Of a stretch of 64,000 nucleotides of DNA, positions 47,173-56,486 are shown in pieces. Location of the stretch: NCBI GenBank assembly GCA_024276995.1, contig JAJRWB010000076.1:164-64163 (forward strand), given 5' to 3'. Both the position numbers and the translations under genes were made by a program. The first letter of the stretch is position 1. Every line of letters starts with the position of its first letter. Origin of the DNA: Candidatus Eiseniibacteriota bacterium (GTDB taxonomy: Bacteria > Orphanbacterota > Orphanbacteria > Orphanbacterales > Orphanbacteraceae). The notes under the pieces were generated by a model. That model searched no databases. It was not told where the DNA came from and worked only from the letters and a program-made list of their open reading frames with translations.

Positions 47173-48377
47173 CAGAAGATCGTCCCCCTGTTCCGGTGGA
47201 TGAGAGGGAGTATTGCGAGGAGGAGCGGCACGGGGATGTGGAGGAGGCCCGCGGCGAACCGAAAGGGCCCGCCGCCTCCGCGCCGGTGTTCGAAGAGCTT
47301 CGCCGCGGTCCGGACGAGCTTCTCGAGCCGGTCGTCGTCGTAGCGATAGAGAATATTCGCCACCTTGAGATAACGGTCGTTCGCCTTTCCCGCCATACGG
47401 CGCCACTTTATCTCGTACATTCGAAGGGCGGCCGCCAGGTCTTCGCGACGACGCAGCGCCGCCCCGGCGATCGTCCCGACGAGGTCCCCCGATTCGAGGG
47501 CGTTCATGATGCCTCCCCCTGTGAGCGGATTCGCCTGGTGGGCGGCGTCGCCGGCGAGGGCCACCCCGTTGCCGATCACCGCCGGGAGCGAGCGCGAACG
47601 GCCCGCCGCACCGCCGCGCCGTTCGAGAAGAACGCATTTCGGGTCGAACCGTTCGAACAGCTTCTCGGCGAACAGCTGCGCCGGTCTCCGTGCCGCGCGC
47701 TCCGGTTCGATACCGACGCCGACATTCCACTCGCCGTTCCCCTTCGGAAACGCCCACCCGTAGCCTCCCGGGGCCACTTCACGACCGAAGTAGAATTCGA
47801 GGTAGCCGTCGCACGGCTTGTCGCTTCTCAGTCGCGCCTCGTAACAGCTGAACGTCTCGGCCGCCTTCCAGCCGGACGCGAGGTTCGCCCACCTGCCGAG
47901 CACCGACTCGACGCCGTCGGCGCCGAGCACGAACCGGCACCGCGCGCTCCACGTCTTTCCGCCTTCGAGAAACCGAACCCCCCGGACCGCCTCCCCTTCC
48001 GTGACGAGACCGACCGCCTCGCAGCCGACCCGCACTTCGGCGCCCCTCGCCTCCGCTTCCTCCGCGAGGCCGGCGTCGAACTTCTCCCTGTCGAGCATCA
48101 CCCCCGCGCCGGCAAACGTCCCGGCGGCCACCGCGCCGCGCGGGCCGAAGATCCTCGCGCCTTCGATCCTCGCGGTGATCCAGCCCGGCCGGATCGGCGT
48201 GAACTGCTCGATCTCGCCGGCCGGACCGGTCGCCTCGGCGCAGCGCACCGGCGAGCCGACGGTATCGCGCTTCTCCGCCAGGAGCACGCGAATCCCCGCC
48301 CGCGCCAGGGCGATCGCCGCGGCGCTCCCCGCCGGACCGGCGCCCACCACGATGGCGTCGTATTCATCTCGTCCCAT
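47172..48377 (-). CDS. Geranylgeranyl reductase family flavoprotein (archaeal DGGGPL-reductase-like)
   Basis: GAGPAG, VGSPVRCAEA, GADG, APGGYGWAFPK, AGDAA..NPLTGGGI. Confidence 0.85.
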   Translation of the reverse strand: MGRDEYDAIVVGAGPAGSAAAIALARAGIRVLLAEKRDTVGSPVRCAEATGPAGEIEQFTPIRPGWITARIEGARIFGPRGAVAAGTFAGAGVMLDREKFDAGLAEEAEARGAEVRVGCEAVGLVTEGEAVRGVRFLEGGKTWSARCRFVLGADGVESVLGRWANLASGWKAAETFSCYEARLRSDKPCDGYLEFYFGREVAPGGYGWAFPKGNGEWNVGVGIEPERAARRPAQLFAEKLFERFDPKCVLLERRGGAAGRSRSLPAVIGNGVALAGDAAHQANPLTGGGIMNALESGDLVGTIAGAALRRREDLAAALRMYEIKWRRMAGKANDRYLKVANILYRYDDDRLEKLVRTAAKLFEHRRGGGGPFRFAAGLLHIPVPLLLAILPLIHRNRGTIF

Positions 48378-48499
48378 GAACCGCCGGTCCCCTCCCCGCT
48401 GCGGACGTGGTTCTCCGCATTATAGGAGAGGTTGTCCGGCGCCACAAGAGGGGCCGGCGCCCCGCGGATATCGATTCAGGAGAAAAATAAAAAAAACCG

Positions 48500-48527
48500 T
48501 TGACAGAAATCGAAGGAGGCTTAGTAT
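48500..48527 (+). promoter_or_regulatory. Sigma70-type promoter with A-tract (UP-like) for the ABC operon
   Basis: A-rich 48483-48496, then TTGACA - 16 nt - TAGTAT. Confidence 0.55.
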
Positions 48528-48590
48528 TTTTTCCGGAACCGGGGCGAGGTCCCGCGCGTTTTTGTCATACCCCTGTTTTTCGTATAAGCA

Positions 48591-49544
48591 GTGAACGAGA
48601 CGATGATCGAAGTCAGGCACCTGTCGAAGCATTTCGGCGCCACCGTCGCGGTGGATGACGTCTCTTTCAATGTCAGTCGCGGCGAGGTGCTCGGTTTCCT
48701 CGGTCCGAACGGCGCCGGGAAGTCGACCACCATGCGGGTGCTCACCGGCTACATCCCGCCCACGAGCGGGTCGGCCCACGTGGCGGGGCTCGACCTCCGA
48801 AGCGACTCCCTCTCGGTGCGCCGCCGGATCGGCTACCTCCCGGAGAGCGCCCCCCTCTACGGCGACATGGAAGTGATCGATTTCCTCCGGTTCATCGCGT
48901 CGGTCAGGGGGATCCCCGCCGGCGAGACGACCGACCGGATCGGTCGAATGGTGCGGCGATGCGGTCTCGAAAAGGTGATCGGCCGGCCGATCCATCATCT
49001 TTCGAAGGGGTATCGCCAGCGTGTCGGACTCGCCCAGGCGATGATCCACGACCCGGACCTCCTCGTGCTCGACGAACCGACCACCGGTCTCGATCCGAAC
49101 CAGATCATCGAGATCCGCGAACTGATCCGCGAACTCGGCCGTGAGAAGACGGTAATCCTCTCCACGCATATTCTTCCCGAGGTGGAAGCGACATGCGGAA
49201 GAGTGCTGATCATCAACGACGGAAAGATCGTCGCCTCCGGAACACCGGGCGAACTCGCCCAGGGGGAAGGGAAGGAGACGGTTCATCTTTCGGTGCGCGC
49301 TCCCTCGCGCGAGGCGGTGGAGGAGAAGCTCGGTACGGGCGAGCTGGTGGAGAAGGTCTCGTGGAAGGGGAACGGCGGCGAGGGGATTCACCGGTTCGTC
49401 ATCACGGGGCCTTCGGGGAAGGGACTCGGCGAGGCGCTCTTCCACGCGGCGGTGGAGAGCGGATGGACGATCTCCGAACTGAGGCCGGAGAGGGCGAACC
49501 TCGAGGATGTGTTCCACAGGCTGACCCGGAGGGACGGACCGTGA
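48591..49544 (+). CDS. ABC transporter ATP-binding protein, GldA-like
   Basis: GPNGAGKSTT, LSKGYRQRVG, LDEPTTGLDPNQ. Confidence 0.92.
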   Translation: MNETMIEVRHLSKHFGATVAVDDVSFNVSRGEVLGFLGPNGAGKSTTMRVLTGYIPPTSGSAHVAGLDLRSDSLSVRRRIGYLPESAPLYGDMEVIDFLRFIASVRGIPAGETTDRIGRMVRRCGLEKVIGRPIHHLSKGYRQRVGLAQAMIHDPDLLVLDEPTTGLDPNQIIEIRELIRELGREKTVILSTHILPEVEATCGRVLIINDGKIVASGTPGELAQGEGKETVHLSVRAPSREAVEEKLGTGELVEKVSWKGNGGEGIHRFVITGPSGKGLGEALFHAAVESGWTISELRPERANLEDVFHRLTRRDGP

Positions 49545-50257
49545 GCAACATCAAGGCGATCACGGCGAAGGAGTTCAGGAGCTACTTCGACTCCCCCGTG
49601 GCGTATATCTATATCACATTCTTTCTCGTCCTCTCGTCGTGGCTCTTCCTGCGCGGCTTCTTCCTCATCGGCCAAGCGTCGATGCGCGGCTTCTTCGGTC
49701 TCCTCCCGTGGCTCCTCCTCTTCTTCGTTCCCGCGGTGACCATGCGGCTCTGGGCGGAAGAGAAGAAACTCGGCACCATCGAGCTGCTCATGACGCTGCC
49801 GATCCGGGATCACGAAGCGGTGATCGGGAAGTTCCTCGCCAGCTTTCTCTTTCTCACTCTCACGCTGGTGCTCTCCGTTTCCATTCCGCTGATGATCGCA
49901 CTCGTCGGCGACCCCGATCCCGGCCCGATCATCGGGGGATACATCGGCGCCGTCCTACTCGGCGCGGCCTATCTCTCCATCGGACTGTTCGTTTCGAGCC
50001 TGACGGAGAACCAGATCATCGCGTTCATCATCGGCGTGGTGGCGACCTTCGCCCTCTTCATCGTGGGCGAGGAGTTCGTGGTGTACAGCGCCCCCCACGC
50101 GCTCGTTCCGGTTCTCAAGTTCATCGGCATGGGCGCCCATTTCGACTCGATCGGCAGGGGGGTGGTCGATTCGCGCGACGTGATCTACTACCTCTCGGTG
50201 ATCGGCTTCTTTCTCTATTTGAATGTGCGCTCCCTCGAGAGCAGGAGCTGGAAGTAG
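49541..50257 (+). CDS. ABC-2 permease, GldF-like
   Basis: KEFRSYFDSPVAY, TMRLWAEEKKLGTIELL, SSLTENQI; GTG overlaps the upstream stop. Confidence 0.9.
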   Translation: MSNIKAITAKEFRSYFDSPVAYIYITFFLVLSSWLFLRGFFLIGQASMRGFFGLLPWLLLFFVPAVTMRLWAEEKKLGTIELLMTLPIRDHEAVIGKFLASFLFLTLTLVLSVSIPLMIALVGDPDPGPIIGGYIGAVLLGAAYLSIGLFVSSLTENQIIAFIIGVVATFALFIVGEEFVVYSAPHALVPVLKFIGMGAHFDSIGRGVVDSRDVIYYLSVIGFFLYLNVRSLESRSWK

Positions 50258-51889
50258 ATGGACACGGGAAAGACAGCGCGCGGCACGAATTCCGTTCTGC
50301 TCGTGGGAATCGTTCTCGCGCTGCTCGTGCTGGTGAACCTCGTCGCCCAGCGTCATTTCTTCCGCCTCGACTTGACCGCGGACAAGCAGTTCACCCTCAC
50401 CGCCGCGACGAAGAACGTGCTGGGCGATCTCGATGACGTCGTGAATATCAAGGTTTACTTCTCGAACGATCTTCCCACGTACCTGGTGACGCTGCGGCAG
50501 CAGATCAAGGATATGCTCGACGAGTACCGGGCCTGGGGGGGGGAGAACCTTCTCATCGAGTGGGAAGATCCGGGCGACGATCCGCAGCTCGCCCAGCGGT
50601 GCCGGCTTCTCGGAATCCCGCAGGTGCAGCTCAATATCATCGAAAAAGACAAGGCGCAGGTGGCGAATGCCTACCTCGGCATCGCGATCCTCTACGAGGA
50701 CCGGAGTGAAGTGCTCCCGGTGGTGCAGAACGTCGATAATCTCGAATACGATCTCACCGCGGCGCTGCTCAAGGTCTACCGGAACGAACAGCCGACGGTC
50801 GGTGTCTACGGCGGGACGGAAGATCTCGACACCGGGAACGGTCTTTCGAAAATGGCGGAACTTCTCGGAAAGCAGTACAACGTGATCGACGTCGACCCGA
50901 CGTCGGGCGAGGCGATTCCCACCGATGTGCGCACCCTCGTGGTGGTGCGGCCCGACCGGCTTTCGCCGCGGGGGCAGTTCGAGATCGACCAGTTCATCAT
51001 GAGGGGGGGCAATCTTCTCCTCTTCCACGATCCGGTGAACATGACCGAGCAGTCGATGTACGCGTCCGCCCGCGAATCGGGAATGCACGAGATGCTCGAG
51101 AACTACGGCATCGACGTGGGAAGAAACCTCCTGCTCGACAGGGTGAACAGCCCCGCGGCATTCAGCCAAGGTTTCATGACGTTCAGCATCCCCTATCCCT
51201 TCTGGCCGAAATTCGTCTCCGAGGGGGTGAGCCGCACGAACCCGATGGTGAACCAGGTGGAGGGAATCGTGCTCCCATGGACGTCCACCGTGTCGGCGGC
51301 GGGAACGGTGCCCGATTCGGTGACGGTGGACACATTGCTCAGCTCGTCGCATTACGGGTGGACCATGACGAAGCGGTTCGACCTGAACCCGCAGCAACCT
51401 TTCGCCGACCGGCCGAGGTCGCCCGTCGATCCTCTCCCCGCGGCGGTCGTGGCGAGCGGCCGGTTTCCGAGCTTCTTCGCGGGGAAGGATGTTCCCCCGG
51501 TGGAACCGGCGGTGGGTGGAGATGTGGGGACGATCGCGCCGGTGGCGGACGAGGACCGCGAGGTCGTTCCGTCGGGAATCGCCGACGCCCGAATCGTCGT
51601 GTTCGGCTCCGCCAACGCCGTGCTCGACGACATGATCGGGCGGTTCCAGGCGAATTCACTTTTGCTGCAGAACGCCGTCGACTGGCTTACCCTGGGCGAT
51701 GAACTGATCGGTATCCGTTCGCGGGGCGCCACCGACAGGCCGCTCGGCGAGCTTTCCGAGGGACGGAAAACGGTGCTCCGTTTCCTCGTCACTTTCGGCG
51801 TGCCGATCCTCGTGATCCTCTTCGGACTGATCCGGTCGGTGCAGATCCGCAACCGCCGATCTGCGGTGAAGGAAGGAGCGGCCTGGTGA
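50258..51889 (+). CDS. GldG-like ABC auxiliary protein
   Basis: RLDLTADKQFTL, LEYDLT, DQFIMRGG, NAVDWL...LIGIRSR, C-terminal TM helix. Confidence 0.88.
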   Translation: MDTGKTARGTNSVLLVGIVLALLVLVNLVAQRHFFRLDLTADKQFTLTAATKNVLGDLDDVVNIKVYFSNDLPTYLVTLRQQIKDMLDEYRAWGGENLLIEWEDPGDDPQLAQRCRLLGIPQVQLNIIEKDKAQVANAYLGIAILYEDRSEVLPVVQNVDNLEYDLTAALLKVYRNEQPTVGVYGGTEDLDTGNGLSKMAELLGKQYNVIDVDPTSGEAIPTDVRTLVVVRPDRLSPRGQFEIDQFIMRGGNLLLFHDPVNMTEQSMYASARESGMHEMLENYGIDVGRNLLLDRVNSPAAFSQGFMTFSIPYPFWPKFVSEGVSRTNPMVNQVEGIVLPWTSTVSAAGTVPDSVTVDTLLSSSHYGWTMTKRFDLNPQQPFADRPRSPVDPLPAAVVASGRFPSFFAGKDVPPVEPAVGGDVGTIAPVADEDREVVPSGIADARIVVFGSANAVLDDMIGRFQANSLLLQNAVDWLTLGDELIGIRSRGATDRPLGELSEGRKTVLRFLVTFGVPILVILFGLIRSVQIRNRRSAVKEGAAW

Positions 51890-52893
51890 TGAACCGGAAT
51901 CCCGTGGTGCTCGCCGTTCTGTTCGCCGTCCTCGTCGGGTTGATCTACCTCGTCGCGAAACCGGGGGGGACGGGGAAGAAGAAGAGCGATGCTCCCGAGG
52001 TGCTCTTTGCGCAACTCGACACATCGAAAGTTGATTTCGTCACCATCCGGGACGGGGCCGACACCGTCGAACTGAAGCGGGGCGACGAGAGGTGGATGAT
52101 CTCCTCGGACAGCGATTTTCCCGCCAACCGGGAAGGTGTGTCCCGGCTCCTCGCCGAATCCGCCGGTTTCACCACGGCGAACGTCGCCTCGCGGAAACCG
52201 GAGAAGTACGCGAAGTTCGAGGTCGATTCGGCCGCGGCGGTCGAGGTGGTGCTCTTGGCGGAAGGCGACACGACGGCGCACTTCTTCGTCGGCAAGACGG
52301 GACCCGACCGGACCAGCAATTTCGTCCGTGCCGCCGGGAGGGACGAGGTGTTCCTCGAAGCGGGCCGCGTGAAAAGCGCTTTTCAGAAGCCGGCAAACTC
52401 GTGGCGGAACCGGTTGGTGATGGAACTGGAAACCGACGAGATCCGGACCCTCGAAGTGGTGCGGCGCGAAGACCGGCTCCTTTTCGAATCGGACCAAGAG
52501 GGCAACTGGTCGGTGGTCGAACCGAAGGGGTACACGCCGGTGAACGCCCTCGTGGTCGCCATGTCCCGCGTGCTGAGCCGTCTCACGGCGTCCGGTTTCC
52601 CGGACGAGGGGGATTCGACCGGCACCGGGCTCGACGAACCCGAGATCACGGTGAACGCCACGCTCTTCAACGGCACGGTCTACACCCTCGAGATCGGTGC
52701 CGAGCAGGAGGGGAAAGGGGGACGGTTCGTCCGAAAAAAGGGGGACGACGTCGTCTACATCGTTCCCTCGTCGCGGCTGAACAATTTCACCCGTCCCGCC
52801 TCCGAGCTGATCGAGCCGGCTCCGGCCGACACGACCGGTGGCGACTCGACGGCCGTCCCGGCCGGATCGACCGGCGACGACACGTCCCGTTGA
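51889..52893 (+). CDS. DUF4340-like membrane-anchored protein
   Basis: N-terminal TM helix; duplicated domain with WRNR linker; usual position after GldG-like genes. Confidence 0.75.
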   Translation: MNRNPVVLAVLFAVLVGLIYLVAKPGGTGKKKSDAPEVLFAQLDTSKVDFVTIRDGADTVELKRGDERWMISSDSDFPANREGVSRLLAESAGFTTANVASRKPEKYAKFEVDSAAAVEVVLLAEGDTTAHFFVGKTGPDRTSNFVRAAGRDEVFLEAGRVKSAFQKPANSWRNRLVMELETDEIRTLEVVRREDRLLFESDQEGNWSVVEPKGYTPVNALVVAMSRVLSRLTASGFPDEGDSTGTGLDEPEITVNATLFNGTVYTLEIGAEQEGKGGRFVRKKGDDVVYIVPSSRLNNFTRPASELIEPAPADTTGGDSTAVPAGSTGDDTSR

Positions 52894-53369
52894 GGGAGCC
52901 CGGAATCCCGCCGAACCCCCGCCGCCCGGACGGACGGCCCGAAGAAGACTCCCGTCCCGACCGTCCTTATTTTCCCGAGATCTACATGAAAATGGCGTTC
53001 GAACTCGCCAAACGGAGCACGTGCGCCAGGCTCCAGGTAGGCACGGTGATCTCGTCGGTCGACTACCGGCGTATTCTCGCCGTCGGCTACAACGGCAACG
53101 CCACCGGCCTGGCGAACCGTTGCGACCGTACCGAGCCCGGCAACTGCGGTTGCCTCCATAGCGAGGAGAACGCCGCCATCAACTGCGTCGAACCGCGCGA
53201 AACGCCCAAAATCGTCCTCGTCACGCACCTTCCGTGCGTCCAGTGCGCAAAGCGGTTGCTCAACCTCGGCGGTGTTCGTCGCGTCTACTACGCCCACGAA
53301 TACCGATCCGATGAATCGATCCGCATCTTCCGCGAAACCGGTATCGAGGTGGAGCGGCTGAAGATCTGA
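52890..53369 (+). CDS. dCMP deaminase / ComEB-like deaminase (start uncertain)
   Basis: RSTC..LQVG, GYNG, HSEENA, PCVQC. Confidence 0.88.
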   Translation: MREPGIPPNPRRPDGRPEEDSRPDRPYFPEIYMKMAFELAKRSTCARLQVGTVISSVDYRRILAVGYNGNATGLANRCDRTEPGNCGCLHSEENAAINCVEPRETPKIVLVTHLPCVQCAKRLLNLGGVRRVYYAHEYRSDESIRIFRETGIEVERLKI

Positions 53370-53424
53370 ACACCCGACCGGACGCCGGCGGCGCAAACGC
53401 CGTTCCCTCGCCGGATCGATCCGT

Positions 53425-54444
53425 TCAGAACCTTCCCGGCAGCGTTTCGCCGCAGTCGGGGCAGCGGCCGTCGCGGAGGCGGTTCACGCGTACCGAGTGC
53501 CAGTCCCGCTCGATGAGAACTGCGCCGCACGATGCGCACCGGGTGGCGGCGCCGTCGTCGTCGTGCACGTTGCCGACGTAGACGTGACGAACTCCGTGTT
53601 CGAGAGCGATCCCCCTGGCACGGCGGAGGGTGCCCGCCGGCGTACGCGACCGGCTGTGGAGCCGGAAGTCGGGGTGGAACGCGGTGAAGTGGAGCGGAAC
53701 GTCGTCGCCGAGTCGCTCGACGATCCAGTCGCATTGGGCGGCGAGTTCGGCGTCCGAATCGTTGAGGCCTGGGATGAGCAGCGTGGTGATCTCGAGCCAC
53801 ACGTCCGTTTCATGTCTGAGCCAGACGAGTGTCTTCTTCACCGGTTCGATCGCGCCGAGCGTCATGGTTCGGTAGAATCGGTCGGTGAACGCTTTCAGAT
53901 CGACATTCGCCGCATCGATGAATTCGAACAGTTCGCCCCGCGCTTCTTCCGTGACATAGCCGGCGGTGACCATCACATTGCGCAGGCCCGCTTCGCGGGC
54001 GCGGCGTGACACGTCGATGACGAATTCGCCGAAAATGACCGGATCGTTGTAGGTGTAGGCGATCGAGTCGCAATGTTCACGCAGGGCGACCGCCACGATC
54101 TCATCCGGCGTCACGGCGATACTGTTGCGCGCATCGATTCGCGCCTTCGACATGTGCCAGTTCTGGCAGAATCGGCATCCCAGGTTGCAGCCGGCGGTGC
54201 CGAAGGAGAGAACCGAGGTGCCCGGTAGAAAGTGATTGAGCGGCTTCTTCTCGATCGGATCGACCGCGAGAGCGGTGGGGCGGCCGTAGCCGAGAGAGAC
54301 GAGTTCGTCCCCGTCGTTCCGGCGGATATGACAGAAGCCCGCCTGGCCGTCGCGAAGCCGGCAATACCGGGGGCACAACGTGCACACCACGCGTCCATCC
54401 GCGCCGGCGCGCCACCATTTCGCGCTCGCTTCGGATCGGGTCAC
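53425..54444 (-). CDS. amrS: AmmeMemoRadiSam-system radical SAM enzyme (PFL-activase-like)
   Basis: CTLCPRYC, DPIEKKPLNHF, GCNLGCRFCQNW, AYTYNDP, FHPD, YVGN, terminal CxxC pairs. Confidence 0.9.
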   Translation of the reverse strand: MTRSEASAKWWRAGADGRVVCTLCPRYCRLRDGQAGFCHIRRNDGDELVSLGYGRPTALAVDPIEKKPLNHFLPGTSVLSFGTAGCNLGCRFCQNWHMSKARIDARNSIAVTPDEIVAVALREHCDSIAYTYNDPVIFGEFVIDVSRRAREAGLRNVMVTAGYVTEEARGELFEFIDAANVDLKAFTDRFYRTMTLGAIEPVKKTLVWLRHETDVWLEITTLLIPGLNDSDAELAAQCDWIVERLGDDVPLHFTAFHPDFRLHSRSRTPAGTLRRARGIALEHGVRHVYVGNVHDDDGAATRCASCGAVLIERDWHSVRVNRLRDGRCPDCGETLPGRF

Positions 54445-54551
54445 GGTCGCGTCCTTTCGTCCCGCATGCGCACTCCTTCGTAAAGCGTACTCCGCGCGCC
54501 CCGGCGGGGCCACTGAAAGGTGAACCGCCGCGCCCGGCCGGTAGAATTCGA

Positions 54552-54580
54552 TTGACGGCGCCGCGCGGCGTCATTACGAT
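54552..54580 (+). promoter_or_regulatory. Sigma70-type promoter with palindromic spacer
   Basis: TTGACG - 17 nt - TACGAT. Confidence 0.5.
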
Positions 54581-54641
54581 CACCGGTGTGTATTTCACCT
54601 CGGAAACGGCCTTGACGGCGCACCTGACCGGGAGGTTTACG

Positions 54642-55244
54642 ATGCGTTCCTTTTATACTTCGAATACTCTGCGCGGCCTCTTCGCGGCGGCGGCTCTCGT
54701 CGTTCTCCTGGTCGGGTGCGGCATCCCCGCCGAGGACTACGACATCACCGTCGAGGAAGAACCGGCGGGCGACGAGGCGGGCGTTCCGGTGGCGGAGACG
54801 GAAAGGGCGACGAGCGATTCGAGCGCGGATGACTACTATCTCGACTCGTTCGCACGGCACAAGCACGCCACCATCAAGACCGACTTCGATACATACGACG
54901 TGCGCAACGTCGCTTTCAGCACCGGTCTCGGCTACGGGTCGAGCAACGCGCTCGCCGGCTACTATCTGAACACGAAGCTGGAGCTCGATATACGGTTCAT
55001 TTCCGAGATCCGGGTGATCGGAAGGGTCTCCCTCAGCGACGCCCTCGCGGTGCCCCATCGCTACGACATGGTGGAAGAGCAGGATCTCAACTATATCTTC
55101 CGGACGGAACTGAAAAAAACCGACGGCGAGCGGATCGAGTACATCGTCCGGATCAACCAGATCGGCGGCAACCTCCAGGAAGGGGGGGGCTTCCGGCTCG
55201 ATGGAGACGAACTGCAGACACTTCAGCGGATCGTCTTCTTCTGA
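54642..55244 (+). CDS. Hypothetical lipoprotein
   Basis: GGAGG ribosome-binding site; LLVG-C lipobox; acidic linker. Confidence 0.7.
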   Translation: MRSFYTSNTLRGLFAAAALVVLLVGCGIPAEDYDITVEEEPAGDEAGVPVAETERATSDSSADDYYLDSFARHKHATIKTDFDTYDVRNVAFSTGLGYGSSNALAGYYLNTKLELDIRFISEIRVIGRVSLSDALAVPHRYDMVEEQDLNYIFRTELKKTDGERIEYIVRINQIGGNLQEGGGFRLDGDELQTLQRIVFF

Positions 55245-55273
55245 CCGTCCGGCGGCGGACGGAGGAGGCTATC

Positions 55274-55507
55274 ATGGCGAAGGCGTACCTGAGGATCCAT
55301 ACCGATACGGGCAGCGAGGTGGAAGTCCGCGACGCCCTCCAGCGTATCGATGAGGTGCTTGCCGCCGACGTGACCGCCGGCGAGCAGGACATCATCTGCC
55401 TCGTGGAAGCGGATTCGGTGGCGGCGATCCTGGATATGGTGGTGACGAAGGTCCGTGGGATCGAGGGAATCCAGGGGACCACCACGAACCTCGTTCTCGA
55501 TTGGTGA
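55274..55507 (+). CDS. Stand-alone Lrp/AsnC ligand-binding (RAM) domain protein
   Basis: KAYLRI...VTAGEQDIICLVEA...IEGIQGTTTNLV; strong ribosome-binding site. Confidence 0.85.
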   Translation: MAKAYLRIHTDTGSEVEVRDALQRIDEVLAADVTAGEQDIICLVEADSVAAILDMVVTKVRGIEGIQGTTTNLVLDW

Positions 55508-55595
55508 GTGGAGCCGCCGCGCACGCGGCGGCGCGACCAGGCGAAGGGAGAGAAAAGGCCGCCCGGCGACAAAGGCGGCCTATGGTTTTTTCGGC

Positions 55596-56251
55596 ATGGA
55601 AATACGACCCCTCGACCCGACCGTGGACGGAGATGCGGCCCGAGCGATCTGGCATGAAGTCGGCTGGATCGACGATTCGAAGAATCATGCGGACGGCCTC
55701 GACAGTTTTCTCGCCTCCGGCGACGGCTGGGTGGCAACGATCCGCGGCGGCGCCGAGTGTATCGTCACCACCGCCCGCGGGTCGATGGCGTACCTCGGCG
55801 CGACGATCCCGATGTCGTTCGTCACGTCGGTGACCACGAGCCGTATCGCGCGAAAGAAGGGGTTCGCCGGGCGGCTCACGGCCCGGGCGCTCGCCGCCGA
55901 CGCGGCGCGCGGCGCTCTCGTGTCGGCGCTGGGCATGTTCGAACAAGGATTCTACAATCGTCTCGGCTACGGCACGGGGGGATACGAACATATCGTCTCA
56001 TTCGATCCCGCGAGCATCGCCCTCGAAGGGAAGACAGCCGTCCCGGTCCGACTCGGCATGGGCGACTACGAAAAGGTCCATCGCTCTCGTCTGAAAAGAC
56101 GGCTCGGCCACGGCGCATGCCGTATCGACTCCCCGCCTTTACCCGGGCGGAGATGCTCCTGACGAAGGGCGGCTTCGGTCTCGGCGATCTCCTGGAAGAA
56201 CTCGATACGGTGTTTCGCCTTCACGAGCCGCGTCCCGACTGGCCTTTCTGA
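55596..56251 (+). pseudogene. Eis-like GNAT acetyltransferase, frameshifted and apparently internally deleted
   Basis: GNAT motif VTTSRIARKKGFAG...QGFYNRLGY; protein-like sequence continues in the -1 frame after the C-run at 56131-56134 (AFTRAEM..GGFGLG...RPDWPF). Confidence 0.6.
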
Positions 56252-56431
56252 AGCGGCGCACCGGCCGTATGCAACAGGTGTCCGATGCGGCTCACCGAGT
56301 TCCTTGCCGGCCACGAAGTGACCGGCCATCCCCCACGGACTTGACATCTCCTTCCCGTTTCGTCCCGCCCGCTCCGTCTCGAACCGCTTTCCCTTCCTGA
56401 AGAAACGGTGATTCCCGACGATGCCCACTTT

Positions 56432-56448
56432 CCGGCATGTCTTTTGCT
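56432..56448 (+). promoter_or_regulatory. Sigma54 (-24/-12)-type promoter
   Basis: CCGGCATGTCTTTTGCT: GG-N10-GC, about 40 nt upstream of the protease start. Confidence 0.5.
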
Positions 56449-56486
56449 GACTCGTGCGTCCGGCCACGAAACGGGAGGAGGCGGCC

